In this document: positions 13,738 to 26,669 of the stretch, in pieces
How the letters are laid out: each line of letters starts with the position of its first letter
Position numbering within the stretch: position 1 is the first letter of the stretch
Source: Octopus sinensis
Lineage: Eukaryota
Assembly (NCBI RefSeq): GCF_006345805.1
Contig: NW_021833825.1
Coordinates: 1-55,048 of the forward strand
Length of the DNA stretch: 55,048 bases
Direction of reading: 5' to 3'
The notes under the pieces: generated by a model
What the model saw: the letters and a program-made list of their open reading frames with translations, nothing else
What the model was told of the DNA's origin: nothing
Database searches by the model: none
Position numbers and translations under genes: made by a program

Positions 13738-14233
13738 TTATAACTTTTTAAAACCCATTCCAAACCTCATCTTAGTACCAATGATCTTTTCAACAAGAGA
13801 CCTGACCAGCCTTTCTCTGGGAGGGAGGTTAACAATTCCATCTATTTCATTTAACATATGTTTATCACAGACCTTGCTTCTTGTTTTTGTATCCTTGTTT
13901 TTCAAATAACATACATCATGATGATAGGCTGCATTAACAACTTTGTTTATATGATTGCTCCAATTCTTTGATGTTAGATCAAGGGTTCAATCTTTTATTG
14001 AGTTTTTGTCCCAGGCCAGTAAAATTATGACCAGGGAGATGTAATTCAAAAGTAAAGGAATTGATAGCTTTATTTAGTACATATCCACCCATTACTATGT
14101 TTTTCTTCACGAAATGTTTCTTTGTGGACCCACACACAACACATCTCCCACGCTTCATATTTCTCCCATTTTACGTTACCACGCCTTGTACGCCACTCGT
14201 GTCAGTGACCCGTTTACACTTGACGCAATACAT
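13738..14233 (-). pseudogene. N-terminal CxxC Zn-ribbon fused to parvovirus VP1u-type phospholipase A2 (adintovirus PLA2-like)
   Basis: MYCVKCK...GRCVVCG...ELHLPGHNFTGLG(GPG-like Ca loop)QKLNKRLNP/...AAYHHDVCY...CDKHML...KIIGTKMRFGMG; one stop and one frameshift; not represented in the ORF track. Confidence 0.85.
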
Positions 14234-14267
14234 TTTTAATATAAGACAAAAACTCTTATATAAAAAA
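14234..14267. promoter_or_regulatory. 34-bp divergent intergenic promoter of the viral element
   Basis: Two ATGs diverge; each is preceded by a TATA(T/A)AAAAATG-like motif. Confidence 0.5.
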
Positions 14268-15039
14268 ATGGAAGTGAAGCGGTTCAATCACCTGCTTATT
14301 CCAAAGAGTATAAGAGGAGTGATCATAGGTAAATGGGGATGTAGGAAAACCACATTGTTGCTTAACCTCCTACTCAGGTCAGGTTGGCTTGACTATAACA
14401 AACTAGCTACGTTCGGGAAGAGTCTTATCCAATCAGAGTATCGTATATTCAAGAAGGCTTTTGTAGAAAAGTTACCAAACGAAGGTATAATACGACTCTT
14501 CGACGAGCGTGATAAGATAATAAAGTTAGATGTTTCACCATCTGCTCTCGTTGAAGAATGGGCAAAAGAGATAAAGGATAGTGGTTGCACGTCAGACATA
14601 GAATGCAGTTTTTTACGGATCTGCCGGAGATGTCCCTGGCCCCGAGACTTGAGTTCTGAAAACAAAAACAATGACTTTTGATGACTTATTCCTAGAGAAG
14701 CTGAACAAATGTGAATCATACTATATACGTGGTTGGCATAGTAACGTAGATTGCTTCTACCTTTCCCAAAACTACTTCAAGCTATTCCGTCAGACAATAA
14801 GAGAAAATGCAAATTTAATATGCCTCTTCCCATAAGACCTTAAGAATATCAATCACATTTACAATGACCATATAAGGCAAGACATGTCGAAGGATGAATT
14901 TAGAAAGTTGTATAAAACAGCTTGGTAAAAGCCTCATGGCTTTGTAGTTATTGACCTAACGGGCAAGAAGCATAATGGGAAATACAGAAGCAGATTTGAT
15001 ACGTGTTATATCCCCAATACTCTCAATTTTAAAAAATGA
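14268..15039 (+). pseudogene. A32/FtsK-family DNA packaging ATPase
   Basis: IIGKWGCRKTTLL (degenerate Walker A), TFDDL (Walker B), RGWHSNVDCFYLSQNYF...QTIRENAN, KPHGFVVID; frameshifts and stops. Confidence 0.92.
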
Positions 15040-15332
15040 CATTATAAAAAATGGAATGTTTACTTGAAAAATAGCTCAAAACACAGAACCTAAAAACTCT
15101 CTTCAAATTGTTGTGAGACACGGTTCAAGACGAGATTCAACCTCCGCCCCCTATTCAACTTGATAAAAAGAAAAAGTATGATATGGCACTCAGTAACCTC
15201 GAAGCCTACTACTCTTTTCCAATTGTTGACGAAACTAATAATTATTCTAGATATTCACCAGATGGTGGTGCTTCATGGTTTGTAATTTATGCACCAGAAG
15301 GTAGTTATGATATCACAGACACCAATAATACA

Positions 15333-15564
15333 TATTTCTTTACTACCCACAAGGGGCTAAACACAGAGGGGTCAAACAAGGACAGACAAACGGATTAAGT
15401 CAATTATATCGACCCCAATGCGTAACTGGTACTTAATTTATCGACCCCGAAATGATGAAAGGCAAAGTCGACCTCGGTGGAATTTGAACTTTAACGTAAC
15501 GGCAGACGAAATACGGCTACGCATTTCGCCCGGCGTGCTAACATTTCTGCCAGCTCGCCGCCTT
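15333..15564 (-). mobile_element. SINE family B inserted in the penton gene
   Basis: 18-bp TSD acagaca(c/t)caataataca at 15315-15332 and 15565-15582. Confidence 0.92.
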
Positions 15565-15857
15565 ACAGACATCAATAATACAATTCAACGAAAGATGAGG
15601 CAGAATGGGCATTATGATAGGATGAGGATTATTACATCACAATATCTGCCAACTCAAACACACTCAAATCTGTCCTTATCTTGGAAAATAACAGACAACC
15701 TCACTCAATTTCCAATGTTCTGGGGTTTAATAATATTTACACCCTAGACTTTCAAGAGACTGAAAGTGTAGTTAATATCTTGAACCTCAATAGCTTACTA
15801 GTCAGGGTGGACATCATTTCAGGCAGCTATGTGAATGGTGCAACGCAAAACATCATC

Positions 15858-16267
15858 TTTACTATTTTACTCTTTTACTTCTTTCAGTCATTTGACTGCG
15901 GCCATGCTCGAGCACCGCCTTTTAGTCGAGCAAATTGACCCCGGGATTTATTCTTTTGTAAGCCCAGTACTTATTCTATCGTTCTCTTTTGCCGAACCGC
16001 TAAGTGACGGGGACGTAAACACACCACCATCGGTTGTCAAGCAATGCTAGGGGGACAGACACAGACACACAAACACACACATACATATATATATATATAT
16101 ACGACGGGCTTCTTTCAGTTTCCGTCTACCAAATCCACTCACAAGGCTTTGGTCGGCCCGGGGCTATAGTAGAAGACACTTGCCCAAGGTGCCACGCAGT
16201 GGGACTGAACCCGGAACCATGTGGTTGGTAAACAAGCTACTTACCACACAGCCACTCCTGCGCCTAT
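15858..16267 (-). mobile_element. SINE family A inserted in the penton gene
   Basis: Full-length reverse copy of the 2418-2828 element; penton frame resumes at YSFF. Confidence 0.92.
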
Positions 16268-16516
16268 GCGTCTATTCATTCTTTCTAAACATCTCTCCAG
16301 GATATAAAATAGTTGAAACACCGATAAATTTGGTGCATCTGCCTGTGACATTAGATACAATACGGAGTCTTGAAGTATCTCTCACTGATCAAAACGGTGT
16401 GCAACTAAAGTTGAGAATGGAGAATTTAATGATGAGATTTCATATCTGGGAAATGTGAGGACGAGTAGAACAAGTCCGTTAAAATTATAAAAAATTTTTC
16501 CTATATTGAAAAAAAA

Positions 16517-16864
16517 ATGAGTTGTTACACGAACGTGAAAGTTAATATTTCAGAAGGTCAGAAACAAAAACTGCAAAATGCTCTTCAAACTGGAGGTCTT
16601 GTGAGTATTCGTTTAGATTATGAAGATTTTAATGGTGAGGATATTTTTGCCCTTGCAAAGTCACAAGGGAATAAAATGGCTAAAGCATACGAGAGTGAAA
16701 AAGGCGTCACTATAAAAATGAGTAAGTCGCAGCTTGTACGCAACACGAAAGTTGAAGGGGGATTTCTTGGCGCACTTGCTGCGGTGGCTGCAAGATTTTT
16801 GCCTACAATCGCAAAGACAGTTCTTCCAGCTCTTGGCATTGGCGCATGGGTTAGTAATAAATAG
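16517..16864 (+). CDS. Putative virion core/membrane-lytic protein precursor (adenovirus X/VI-like, cupiennin-like helix), probably 3'-truncated
   Basis: Open 115-aa ORF; VEGG|F adenain-type site followed by amphipathic FLGALAAVAARFLPTIAKTVLPALGIGA; directly downstream of penton. Confidence 0.72.
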   Translation: MSCYTNVKVNISEGQKQKLQNALQTGGLVSIRLDYEDFNGEDIFALAKSQGNKMAKAYESEKGVTIKMSKSQLVRNTKVEGGFLGALAAVAARFLPTIAKTVLPALGIGAWVSNK

Positions 16865-17091
16865 CTGGTGGCACTATGAACATATTTCATATTTAGGAGG
16901 TGCAGCGAAAAGATCACTTCGTTCCACCCGCTTAGCTATTTAACCATTTAACATGGTTAAATATCTTGAGATAACCATGTTTGTGGGTAGGTTGACCATG
17001 TTTGACCATTGAAATTTATGACAAATTGGGGTTTTGACCTTTGTTATCGTTTGGTTTGGGAAAAATGTGCGAGAGCACCTTTTCTTATACT

Positions 17092-17443
17092 GGGTGGAAG
17101 CACTCCGTCGGTTACGACGACGAGGGTTCCGGTTGAAATTAACGTGTAAGTGGCTGAGCATTCCACAGACACGTGTACCCTTAACGTAGTTCTCGGGGAT
17201 ATTCAACGTGACACAGAGAGTGACAAGGCCGGCCCTTTGAAACACAGGTACAATAGAAACAGGAAGAGTGAGAGAAAGTCGTGGTGAAAGAGTACAGCAG
17301 GGATCACCACCATCCCCTGCCGAAGCCTCGTGGAGCTTTAGGTGTTTTCTCTCAAAAAACACTCACAACGCCCGGTCTGGGAATCGAAACCGCGATCCTA
17401 TGACCGCGAGTCCGCTGCCCTAACAACTAGACCATTGCGCCAC
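17092..17443 (-). mobile_element. tRNA-derived SINE with family-C-type head and a different 3' body
   Basis: Head tggtctagt..ttagggcagcggactcgcgg...ttcgattccc; TSD-like cacctttt(c)ttatact on both sides. Confidence 0.82.
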
Positions 17444-17671
17444 CACCTTTTTTTATACTACTCATGCATACATTTTCCTCCCAGCTATTTTTGTAACGGA
17501 GACTATATTGTCTGCCTAGGTGACTAGATTAAAATGTGATTTCAAGGGGAGACCACCACCACAAACCTACATTCGCTAGTCATTGTGGTAGTTGCTGTTT
17601 AAACCTAGCTTGCTTCCAATCATGGAGACTTATAATTAAATAGCGTTCCCACCGTGACATTCTCGTCATTC

Positions 17672-18076
17672 TCTTTTACTCCTTTACTTGTTTCAGGCAT
17701 TTGACAGTGGCCATGCTGGAGCACCGCCTTTAGTCGAGCAAATCGACCTCAGGACTTATTCTTTGTAAGCCTAGTACTTATTCTATCGAACTCTTTTGAC
17801 GAACCGCTAAGATACGGAGTCGCAAACACACCAGCATCGTTTGTCAAGCGATGTTGGGTGGACAAATACAGACATTCAAACATATACACACACACACGTA
17901 TACATATATACGACGAGCCTCTTTCAGTTTCCGTCTACCAAATCCACTCACAAGGCTTTGGTCAGCCTGAGGCTATAGAAGAAGACACTTTCCCAAGGTT
18001 CCACGCAATAGGACTGAACCTGGAACCATGTGGTTGGTAAGCAAGCTACTTACCACACAGCCACTCCTGCGCCTAT
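17672..18076 (-). mobile_element. SINE family A
   Basis: Reverse full-length copy. Confidence 0.9.
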
Positions 18077-18676
18077 TCTAGTTATTTAATTTTTGATGAA
18101 TCGTTTCTATCTAGTTTCATATGCCAATATTTCAAGATGATAAATAGTGATATAAGAAAGATTTAAACGTTATTTCAAGATTAAGCGGCCAGATGGAGCC
18201 TCCCTCGTTGGCTAGTCAGCGATTACTTTCATTACTTTCAAGAGCCGGAGCGCGGCGAGCTGGCAGAATAGTTAACGAGTTGGAGGAGACGCTTAGCGAC
18301 ATTTCTTCCGAATCTTTACGTTCAGAGTTCGAATTCAACTTATGTCAACATTGCCTTTGATCGTTTCGAGTTCGATGAAATAAGCACCAGTTGAGCAATA
18401 GCGTCGTTGTAATCAACATGACTCCTCCATCCCTCAAATTCACTGAATTCCGCATCAAAAATTGAGCAAAGTCGTGATCAAAAGTATTCCAAGCATGACC
18501 ATTCCGTCTTTTTTTTTTTTTACGGTTGTATAGGAATGCATCATGTTAAGAAAGTAAAATATAACATTAGGGAGATTCGGATGCTATTTCTTCCAGAGCT
18601 AAAGGACCAAGTAGAGATACTAAATTCTAGAAACAGGGAGCTGTTCGATCACCTCCACCCCCAACGTTCAGTCTGG

Positions 18677-18677
18677 T

Positions 18678-18730
<53 letters not shown>

Positions 18731-18757
18731 ACACCACCACCACCACCACTACTACTT

Positions 18758-18799
<42 letters not shown>

Positions 18800-19194
18800 T
18801 ACCACACCACTACTATACTACTACTACTACTATTATTACTACTACTAACCAACCTCAACACAATCTACCACAACAATCCACCAACAAAACCACGACCTCA
18901 ACCTACTACTGCGCTGCTGCTGCTGCTGTTACTACTACTACTACTACTTAATACTATACTACTACTATACTACTACTACTACTAACACCACCAACACCAC
19001 CACCACCACCATACTACTTCTACTACTACTACTACACTACTATACTACTACTACTACTACTACTAATACCACCACCACTACTAGTATACTACTACTACGA
19101 TTTTACTACTACTACAAACATCAACACAATCTACCAACAATCACCAACAAAACCACGACCACCAAACTACTACTACTGCTGCTGCTGCTGCTGT

Positions 19195-19233
<39 letters not shown>

Positions 19234-19316
19234 CAACCTCAACACAATCTACCACAACTATCCACCAACAAAACCACGACCACCAACTCTACTACTGCTG
19301 CTGCTGCTGCTGCTGT

Positions 19317-19348
<32 letters not shown>

Positions 19349-19390
19349 ACACTACTACTAATGCTAATACTAATGCTACTACATCTACTA
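18677..19390. repeat. (CTA)n/(CCA)n/(CTG)n compound repeat with three copies of a ~90-nt higher-order unit
   Basis: tcaacacaatctacca...caccaacaaaaccacgacc recurs at ~18850, ~19115 and ~19232. Confidence 0.88.
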
Positions 19391-20152
19391 CATTATTGTT
19401 ACTACTCCCGATTCTGTTGCTGCTGTTGTTGCAGGCGCAACTATGTTAATGGCCAGTGAGAGAGAGAGAGAGAAAGACAGATAGAGATAGAGAGAGAGAG
19501 AGAAAAAAAGAGAGACTAAGAGCGGCAAGGAAAGAAAGAAAGAGTAATTGAAGTGACAGAGAGAGGGAGAGAGAGAGAGAGCAAGAGATTTGTAAAAGGG
19601 CTGAGAGAGAATACAATGGAGACTGTAAATCATTATGTTGTTATCTTCCCTTGACTGAACAGCAAATGTATATGTGTGCATATGTGTGCGTGTCTATGTG
19701 AATGTGCGTGTGTGTGTGTGCGTGCGGCTGTGCATGCGTGCGTGCGTGAGGTACAACAACTCAACTGTCGAGATGTGATAGATGTGTGTGTGTGTGGCGT
19801 AGTTATAGGGTGAGGTGTATATATATGTACGTAGAGGTAGTGGGAGTGGACTCTGCTGAGGTGCTGGACAACGGAGTATGATGGAGAGCTGAACAGTACA
19901 GGACTGTACAGAGGGAGGAGGAGGTGGATGCATGGGAGGAGGAGGAGGGGGATGGTAAAAAAATGTGGTGGGGAAGAGCCGCTGAAGGAATGAAAAGAAT
20001 AGATTAATGAAATAAGACAAGAATGATTAACAAGGGAATTTAAGAGGAAGAAAAATGACGAAACGAAAATATAGATGGAGGAAGATAGTAAGATAGTATA
20101 GAACGAGGAAGAATGAGGTGGAGGAAAAGAGAGAGAGACAGACAGACAGAGG

Positions 20153-20216
<64 letters not shown>

Positions 20217-20508
20217 ATACAAAGATGACAATAGAAGCAGACTTGCTGAAATAGAGATCGGTCGGGAAATAGGAGGAGCTGTATAACAGAGACATGATTA
20301 GTCAGATGAAATAAAAGATGGCGACTTGTCTTAGAGGAAGGAACGCTGGACCATCACACACACACGCGCACATATACACACGCGCACACATACACACAAA
20401 TACGCACAAGTATATACACTGTATGATTTGTGAATGTATTTTGCATATGTGTACGTATATATATATATATATATATATCCATGCTTACACATACACGCAT
20501 ATACGCAC

Positions 20509-20588
<80 letters not shown>

Positions 20589-20737
20589 AATGTGTGTGTG
20601 TGGTGTGTGTGAGTATGTATATACTTTACTTACTCTACGGAGACCATTTTTAATACTGTGTGTGTGCGTGTGTGTGTACATATATATATATATATATATA
20701 AATATATATTATGAATATATGTAAAGTAGTAACATAC

Positions 20738-20787
<50 letters not shown>

Positions 20788-21368
20788 AAATCATATGTAT
20801 AATATATATGCATAATACACATACACACAGATGTTATTCACATCACAAGAGTTCAGAAATTCAAAAACATTATATATTTTTAGGAATCTCGAAGTAACTG
20901 AAATTATAAATAACAGCGAGTGTGTAAACACTACGCCAGTAATCTCCTGTCGTATATGCCGGAAACTCGGGTTCGAGTACCGAGAGCGGCCTTCTTCATT
21001 GGTATCCAGTGTTTCTACACTGTTGTATATTGATTCATATGTTCGTGTGTACATATTCGTTTATGCTTTTATTCTTTTATCTGTTTCAGCCATTTGACTG
21101 CGGCCATACTGGAGCACCGCCTTCAGTCGAACAATTATTTCTCTCTCATTATATAGCGGTTCGGCAAAAAGTGATCGTCAGAGCAAGTGCCATACTTAAA
21201 AATAAGCATGGAGTTCAATCACCAATCACAGCCAAACTGTGGCCTCCAGAATTTTTCGAATAACTTACCAATTAAAATTTACCTTGATATTTTTTTTTCT
21301 TGATAATAAGGACCGCGAGATAATGGACCATGTATCATGCAGTCCGCTTCTCAAGAAATGCTGCACGT

Positions 21369-21783
21369 GTAGGAGGCGTAGGAGTGGCTGTGTGGTAAGT
21401 AGCTTGCTTACGAATCACATGGTTCCGGGTTCAGCCCCACTGCGTGGCATCTTGGGCAAGTGTCTTCTACTATAGCTTCGGGCCGACCAAAGCCTTGTGA
21501 GTGGATTTAGTAGACGGAAACTGAAAGAAGCCCGTCGTATATATATGTATGTGTGTGTATGTGCATATGTTTGTGTGTCTGTGTTTGTCCCCCCAACATT
21601 GCTTGACAACCGATGCTGGTGTGTTTACATCCCCGTAACTTAGCGGTTCGACAAAAGAGACCCATAGAATAAGTACGAGGCTTACAAAGAATAAGTCCTG
21701 GGGTCGATTTGCTTGACTAAAAGGTGGTGCTCCAGCATGGCCACAGTCAAATGACTGAAACAAGTAAAAGAGTAAAAGAGAGA
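21369..21783 (+). mobile_element. SINE family A
   Basis: Full-length copy with gtaaaagagtaaaagag tail. Confidence 0.9.
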
Positions 21784-22737
21784 ATGTCCGGTGTTCCTAT
21801 TTCAACGCGTTGCCTCAGAATAGAAGCTTCCCAATTAACAATTGATGTAAAAGGGAATACGCGATGGAGCTAACACGTGATAGAAAATTCTTATCTCAAC
21901 ACCAACAGGGCTATGTTGTATCTCCTTCAAGTGAGCGTTCAAATGTAGACGGTAACTGGCGCCTACCAAACATCCGACTTGTAATCATGTTTAATTTTGT
22001 CCTCCCTTCGTATTCAAAACCGTGCACCTGATAATCGGCTTCCTTACAAATGTATGTAAATATATATTGTAAAACGATTATTCCATAAGATAAGTATTTT
22101 GTTATTAACAGCGCCCAAATAAATACATATCTATAACGCGATTCTGCTACGGTCTGTGAAAAGAAATGCAAGATATTATATTATATAGACATTATTTATA
22201 GTAGTTGATTTATAATATTCGAAAAATATATAAAGATTACACAAATATTCTAATGCATGCATGTATGTACTATCGAAAATGTGCTTGAAAATGCACTATA
22301 AAGTAAAAACGAAGTTGTATTATTCTTGGATAAATTAGAAGACAAACAATAGATGTGATATTTCATTTACAAACAAATATAAAACATCCAATGGTATATT
22401 TTTTCTCCTTTGAAGATATTATGCTCAGGTCACATAAATATAAGTTTAGTATTTACTTAATATTTACTGAGTATTAACTGAAACAGCTGTAAGTGAAGAT
22501 GATTAATCAGCTGTCAATAATAAACAATTATTAACTCTCAATCTCCATTTTCTTTTTTTTTTTGTTTCTTTTATATGAATACGAACCATATGTTTTTTTT
22601 TATCTATATACCAATTATTTTATGGAAATTAATTCCCTCAAAATACTAGGTAATGAACTAGTATTTCTTTGGATGAAACCAGCCCTTAATGAAGTTAATA
22701 CAACCTCTAATCGATTTAAATTATATATATATATATA

Positions 22738-22779
<42 letters not shown>

Positions 22780-22789
22780 CATACATACA

Positions 22790-22825
<36 letters not shown>

Positions 22826-22831
22826 CATGTC

Positions 22832-22880
<49 letters not shown>

Positions 22881-23257
22881 CATGTCGAATCATTGATCAG
22901 GTATGAGGGGGTATATAGCGGACACAAGTCCAGCATACAAACATAGACATGTTTCCCGCTCTTTGAAAAGGTTTATTTTACCCGAAATATTACAAGAAAT
23001 TAATTATCTCAAACGTAACATGTGGTTGTTTCTACTAATGTTTAATGTTCTGTTTTTATCGCCATTAACATAGCTTTGTGTCATAGTGCTATATTTTCCA
23101 ACATTGTAAAAATAAACTTAAATCCTTAAATCCTTAAAAATGTTTTAGCCCGGAGGCCGCGGCCATGCTGGGGCACCACCACTGTTGGAGATTATATATA
23201 AAATAGTGTTATACATACATAATACATACATACATGCATACATACATACGTACATAC

Positions 23258-23322
<65 letters not shown>

Positions 23323-23640
23323 GCTCCACACAAAATACAGCGTCGATATTTCTACATGTTGCTCCTTCTCAATATGTGTGAATAAGTGCGTATGTATATA
23401 TGGCTTTGTATGTGGTTGAATATAGATTTTCTGATTACGTAAATATGTTACATAAATATATAAGCATGGGAACCTATTCTGATGTAGAAAGAGACAATTA
23501 CAAACGGACGCAGGCTCGCACACATCCAAATATACAGACGGGCAACCTGCGTACACCATCACAAAAGCATACTTGAGCTCAAACTCCATAACATCGCTTA
23601 CTTACTCTCTCTATCTCAAGACATATATACGTGTATGTAT

Positions 23641-23709
<69 letters not shown>

Positions 23710-24834
23710 TATACATTCACACATACAGATGTGTATGTATATGTACAGCTTATAATTTTACAATAAATATTTTGATGGACGTTAAGATTATATTTTATAT
23801 GTATTTATGTATCCGTGTTATCAACACATTAGAGAGAAATAAATCGAGAAAGAAGAAGTGAAGGAATGAATGAATAATATAGTGAGTAAGAGAGAGAGAG
23901 AGAGAGAATAAAGTAAGTTGAGAGAGAAAGGGTGGTGCAAGAGAGCTACCATGTGATAGAAAAATCAAGAAAAGGGAGGAATTAGAATAGAAACAGAGAA
24001 CTTTAAAATGAGAGGGGAGGAGAGAGAGAAAGAAAGAGAGAAAGAAGAAAGACAGACACAGGAGAGAACGAAAGAGAGCCAGAGAAGGAGAGACCGATTG
24101 AGACAAAGAAAGAGAGAGGAAGAGAGAAACAGAAGGAGTGAAAGAGAAAAAGAAAGTGAGATGGAAAAGTGAGAGAGAGAGAGAAGCATAAAAATCTGTG
24201 CTCTGAAAAATTCGTGTGAAATTAATGGCAAATGAATAAGATTTTAGTGGACATTTATAATATTTCTATCGAGATTTAACAGTCGAAGCTGGGACTAAAC
24301 AAGGCTATATAAAGTGTCCTTATTGTTTTTAACGGCATTAACAAATCAGCGAGCAGTATAGCAGGTATACATAGCCTATATATAAGCATTATAAACATTA
24401 GCATGCCGGATTTAGTGTATGTAATGAAGGAACTGCTGTCTGACATTAGTAGAGAATAAGGGGGTAGGTAATTGGGCAGTTGGTGGTGGTGGTTGTGGTT
24501 GAAAAGTAAGTGTATGGATCAGACATCCGTATGTGCTTGTGTATCTGTGTGCAAGTGTGTGTGTACCAGAAATATTTTTCTAGCTTTGCTGTAGTAAAAC
24601 AATTGAAGAACTGGTTGTAACATTTTAACAAGAACATAGTAAATATTAAGCGTTGCAATGTAGTCGAGTGTCATCGTCCTCGGTGTCTTTTGTTCAACAC
24701 TTGGAATTCATTGATTCTTTACGTGTATGTAGGGAGATGTGTATGCATGTACCTCTAAGTGTGTGTATAACGTAGTTCTATGTTTGCACATGCACTATAT
24801 ATGATATATACATCATTATTTTAATCGCATACGT

Positions 24835-25066
24835 ATTTCTTTACTACCCACAAGGGGCTAAACACAGAGAGGACAAATAAGGAGAGACAAACGGATTAAG
24901 TCGATTATATCGACCCCAGTGCGTAACTGCTACTTAATTTATCGACCCCGAAAGGATGAAAGGCAAAGTCAACCTCGGAGGAATTTGAACTCAGAACGTA
25001 ACGGCAGACGAAATACGGTCATGCATTTCGCCCGGCGTGCTAATGTTTCTGCTAGTTCACCGCCTA
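24835..25066 (-). mobile_element. SINE family B
   Basis: Reverse copy of the 26671-type unit. Confidence 0.88.
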
Positions 25067-25844
25067 CATCTAAATTGTGATTAGGATAATTACTCGAATT
25101 TCAAACGTTTGATCTCTACACATGAAAGTGCTACAGTTTCAAATAGCTACACTCCTTTGTGGTTACATGCTAACTGCCGTTTTCATTGTCTAATCCATCG
25201 GCCCACCTGTTTTCCTTCGCCAATACTCCTTAGTCACTGTCTATAGTGGTATGATGAAGTGTATAATTACTATCCTGCTGAGTAGGTATAGCTTGTTTTA
25301 CGTCGATTGCTATAGTGTATCCTACCGAACTGCACCTATCGACCAAGTAATTTCTTTGATGCTTTCTCTGTCTGTTGATGTGAAGAATTTTCAGCATAAA
25401 ATTGTTTTGGTGTCTGCTCTAGAACACGATCTCGGTTCTTTTTTCCAAGTACATTGGCGGCTATAGTAGAAGACACTTGCCCAAGGTGCTACGCAGTGGG
25501 ACTGAACTTGGAACCATGTGGTTGGTAAGCAAGCTACTTACCACACAGCCACTCCTACGCCTATGTATACATAAGTATAACATGTATACACAAGTATAAC
25601 TTCGAAATGATCTCATTTCGTACGACACGCTTTCTTCCTCTTATGAACTTTCAGGGTCGGCGTGATTATTTGTCTGGCTCTCTGTTGCGCCTCTACTTTA
25701 GGAAGAGGCACAGTTTCATTATTGGCGCAGCGCCAGATGAATGCGCGTACGTGTGTGTGTTTGTATGTATACATACATATACTACAAGAACATATAAATA
25801 CACACACACACAAATATATATATATAATATATATATAATATAGA

Positions 25845-26165
25845 TTCAGATGAATATGGTACTTAAGTTAAAGCACAAGAATTTAGTACGGTATTATCCA
25901 TACAATTTCAAAGTAAGGTAATTAAAATCAAAATAAGCAGCAAGGATATCCAGAGATAATGCAGTACGCTCGTTTCGTGCAACTACATTTAATTGAACAA
26001 TGCAACCATTTCATCATTTTAAAATACAGGGCAATCTTCTGCTGCACAAAGACATAGAATTTAGTCAAATTAGAACAGATGGACACGTTAGTATAATTAT
26101 ACCTAAAATCTCCAAGAAGTTGAGGAGATAGACAAAGAAAATGCTGTCTTACTCCAGCATAGAAT
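25845..26165 (-). mobile_element. Probable Penelope-like terminal remnant with decayed hammerhead core
   Basis: Between (TA)n tracts; minus strand aTGATGA...tgcac GAAAC gagc GTA at ~25961-26017; helix I not formed. Confidence 0.4.
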
Positions 26166-26177
26166 TATATATATATG

Positions 26178-26267
<90 letters not shown>

Positions 26268-26312
26268 ATATATAATATATATATATATATATATATAGTA
26301 TATATATATATG

Positions 26313-26413
<101 letters not shown>

Positions 26414-26669
26414 CAGAATGATTGATAGATGTAGATATGCATAGAGTATATACAAATATATGTGAGCGTATGTGTATAAAAATCTCTTTGCGTGTGAGTG
26501 TGTATATAATTACGTGTGTGTATGTGAAGACAGAGAGAAATTGAGAGAGAGAAAGATACTTCCTTATAAACCTGCATATGTAGTTTTGCATGCATTTGTG
26601 TGAGTGTGTTTATATATACATATATATGTGTGTGTATATGCATGCATGTATACTTATATATAAATATAT

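Larger units (their letters stand above)
15051..16458 (+). pseudogene. Minor capsid (penton-like) protein, interrupted by two SINEs
   Basis: PPIQLD...MALSNLEAYYSFP...PEGSYDI...GSYVNG...YSFFLNISPGYKIVETPINLVHLPV...LTDQNG...RFHI; recognised as Polinton/adintovirus penton-type motifs. Confidence 0.82.
13105..16850. mobile_element. Decayed Maverick/Polinton (adintovirus-like) endogenous viral element, internal fragment
   Basis: Compact intron-less cluster: integrase, PLA2, packaging ATPase, penton-like protein, protease-cleaved amphipathic protein. No pPolB, major capsid, protease or TIR seen. Confidence 0.92.

Noticed and set aside
14061-14267. N-terminal extension of the 206-aa ATPase ORF
   Set aside because: It is the antisense of the Zn-ribbon/PLA2 gene; the likely start is the ATG at 14268
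20310-20355. YY1-like aagatggcg with an ATG
   Set aside because: Single short motif; the ORF runs straight into CA/TA repeats
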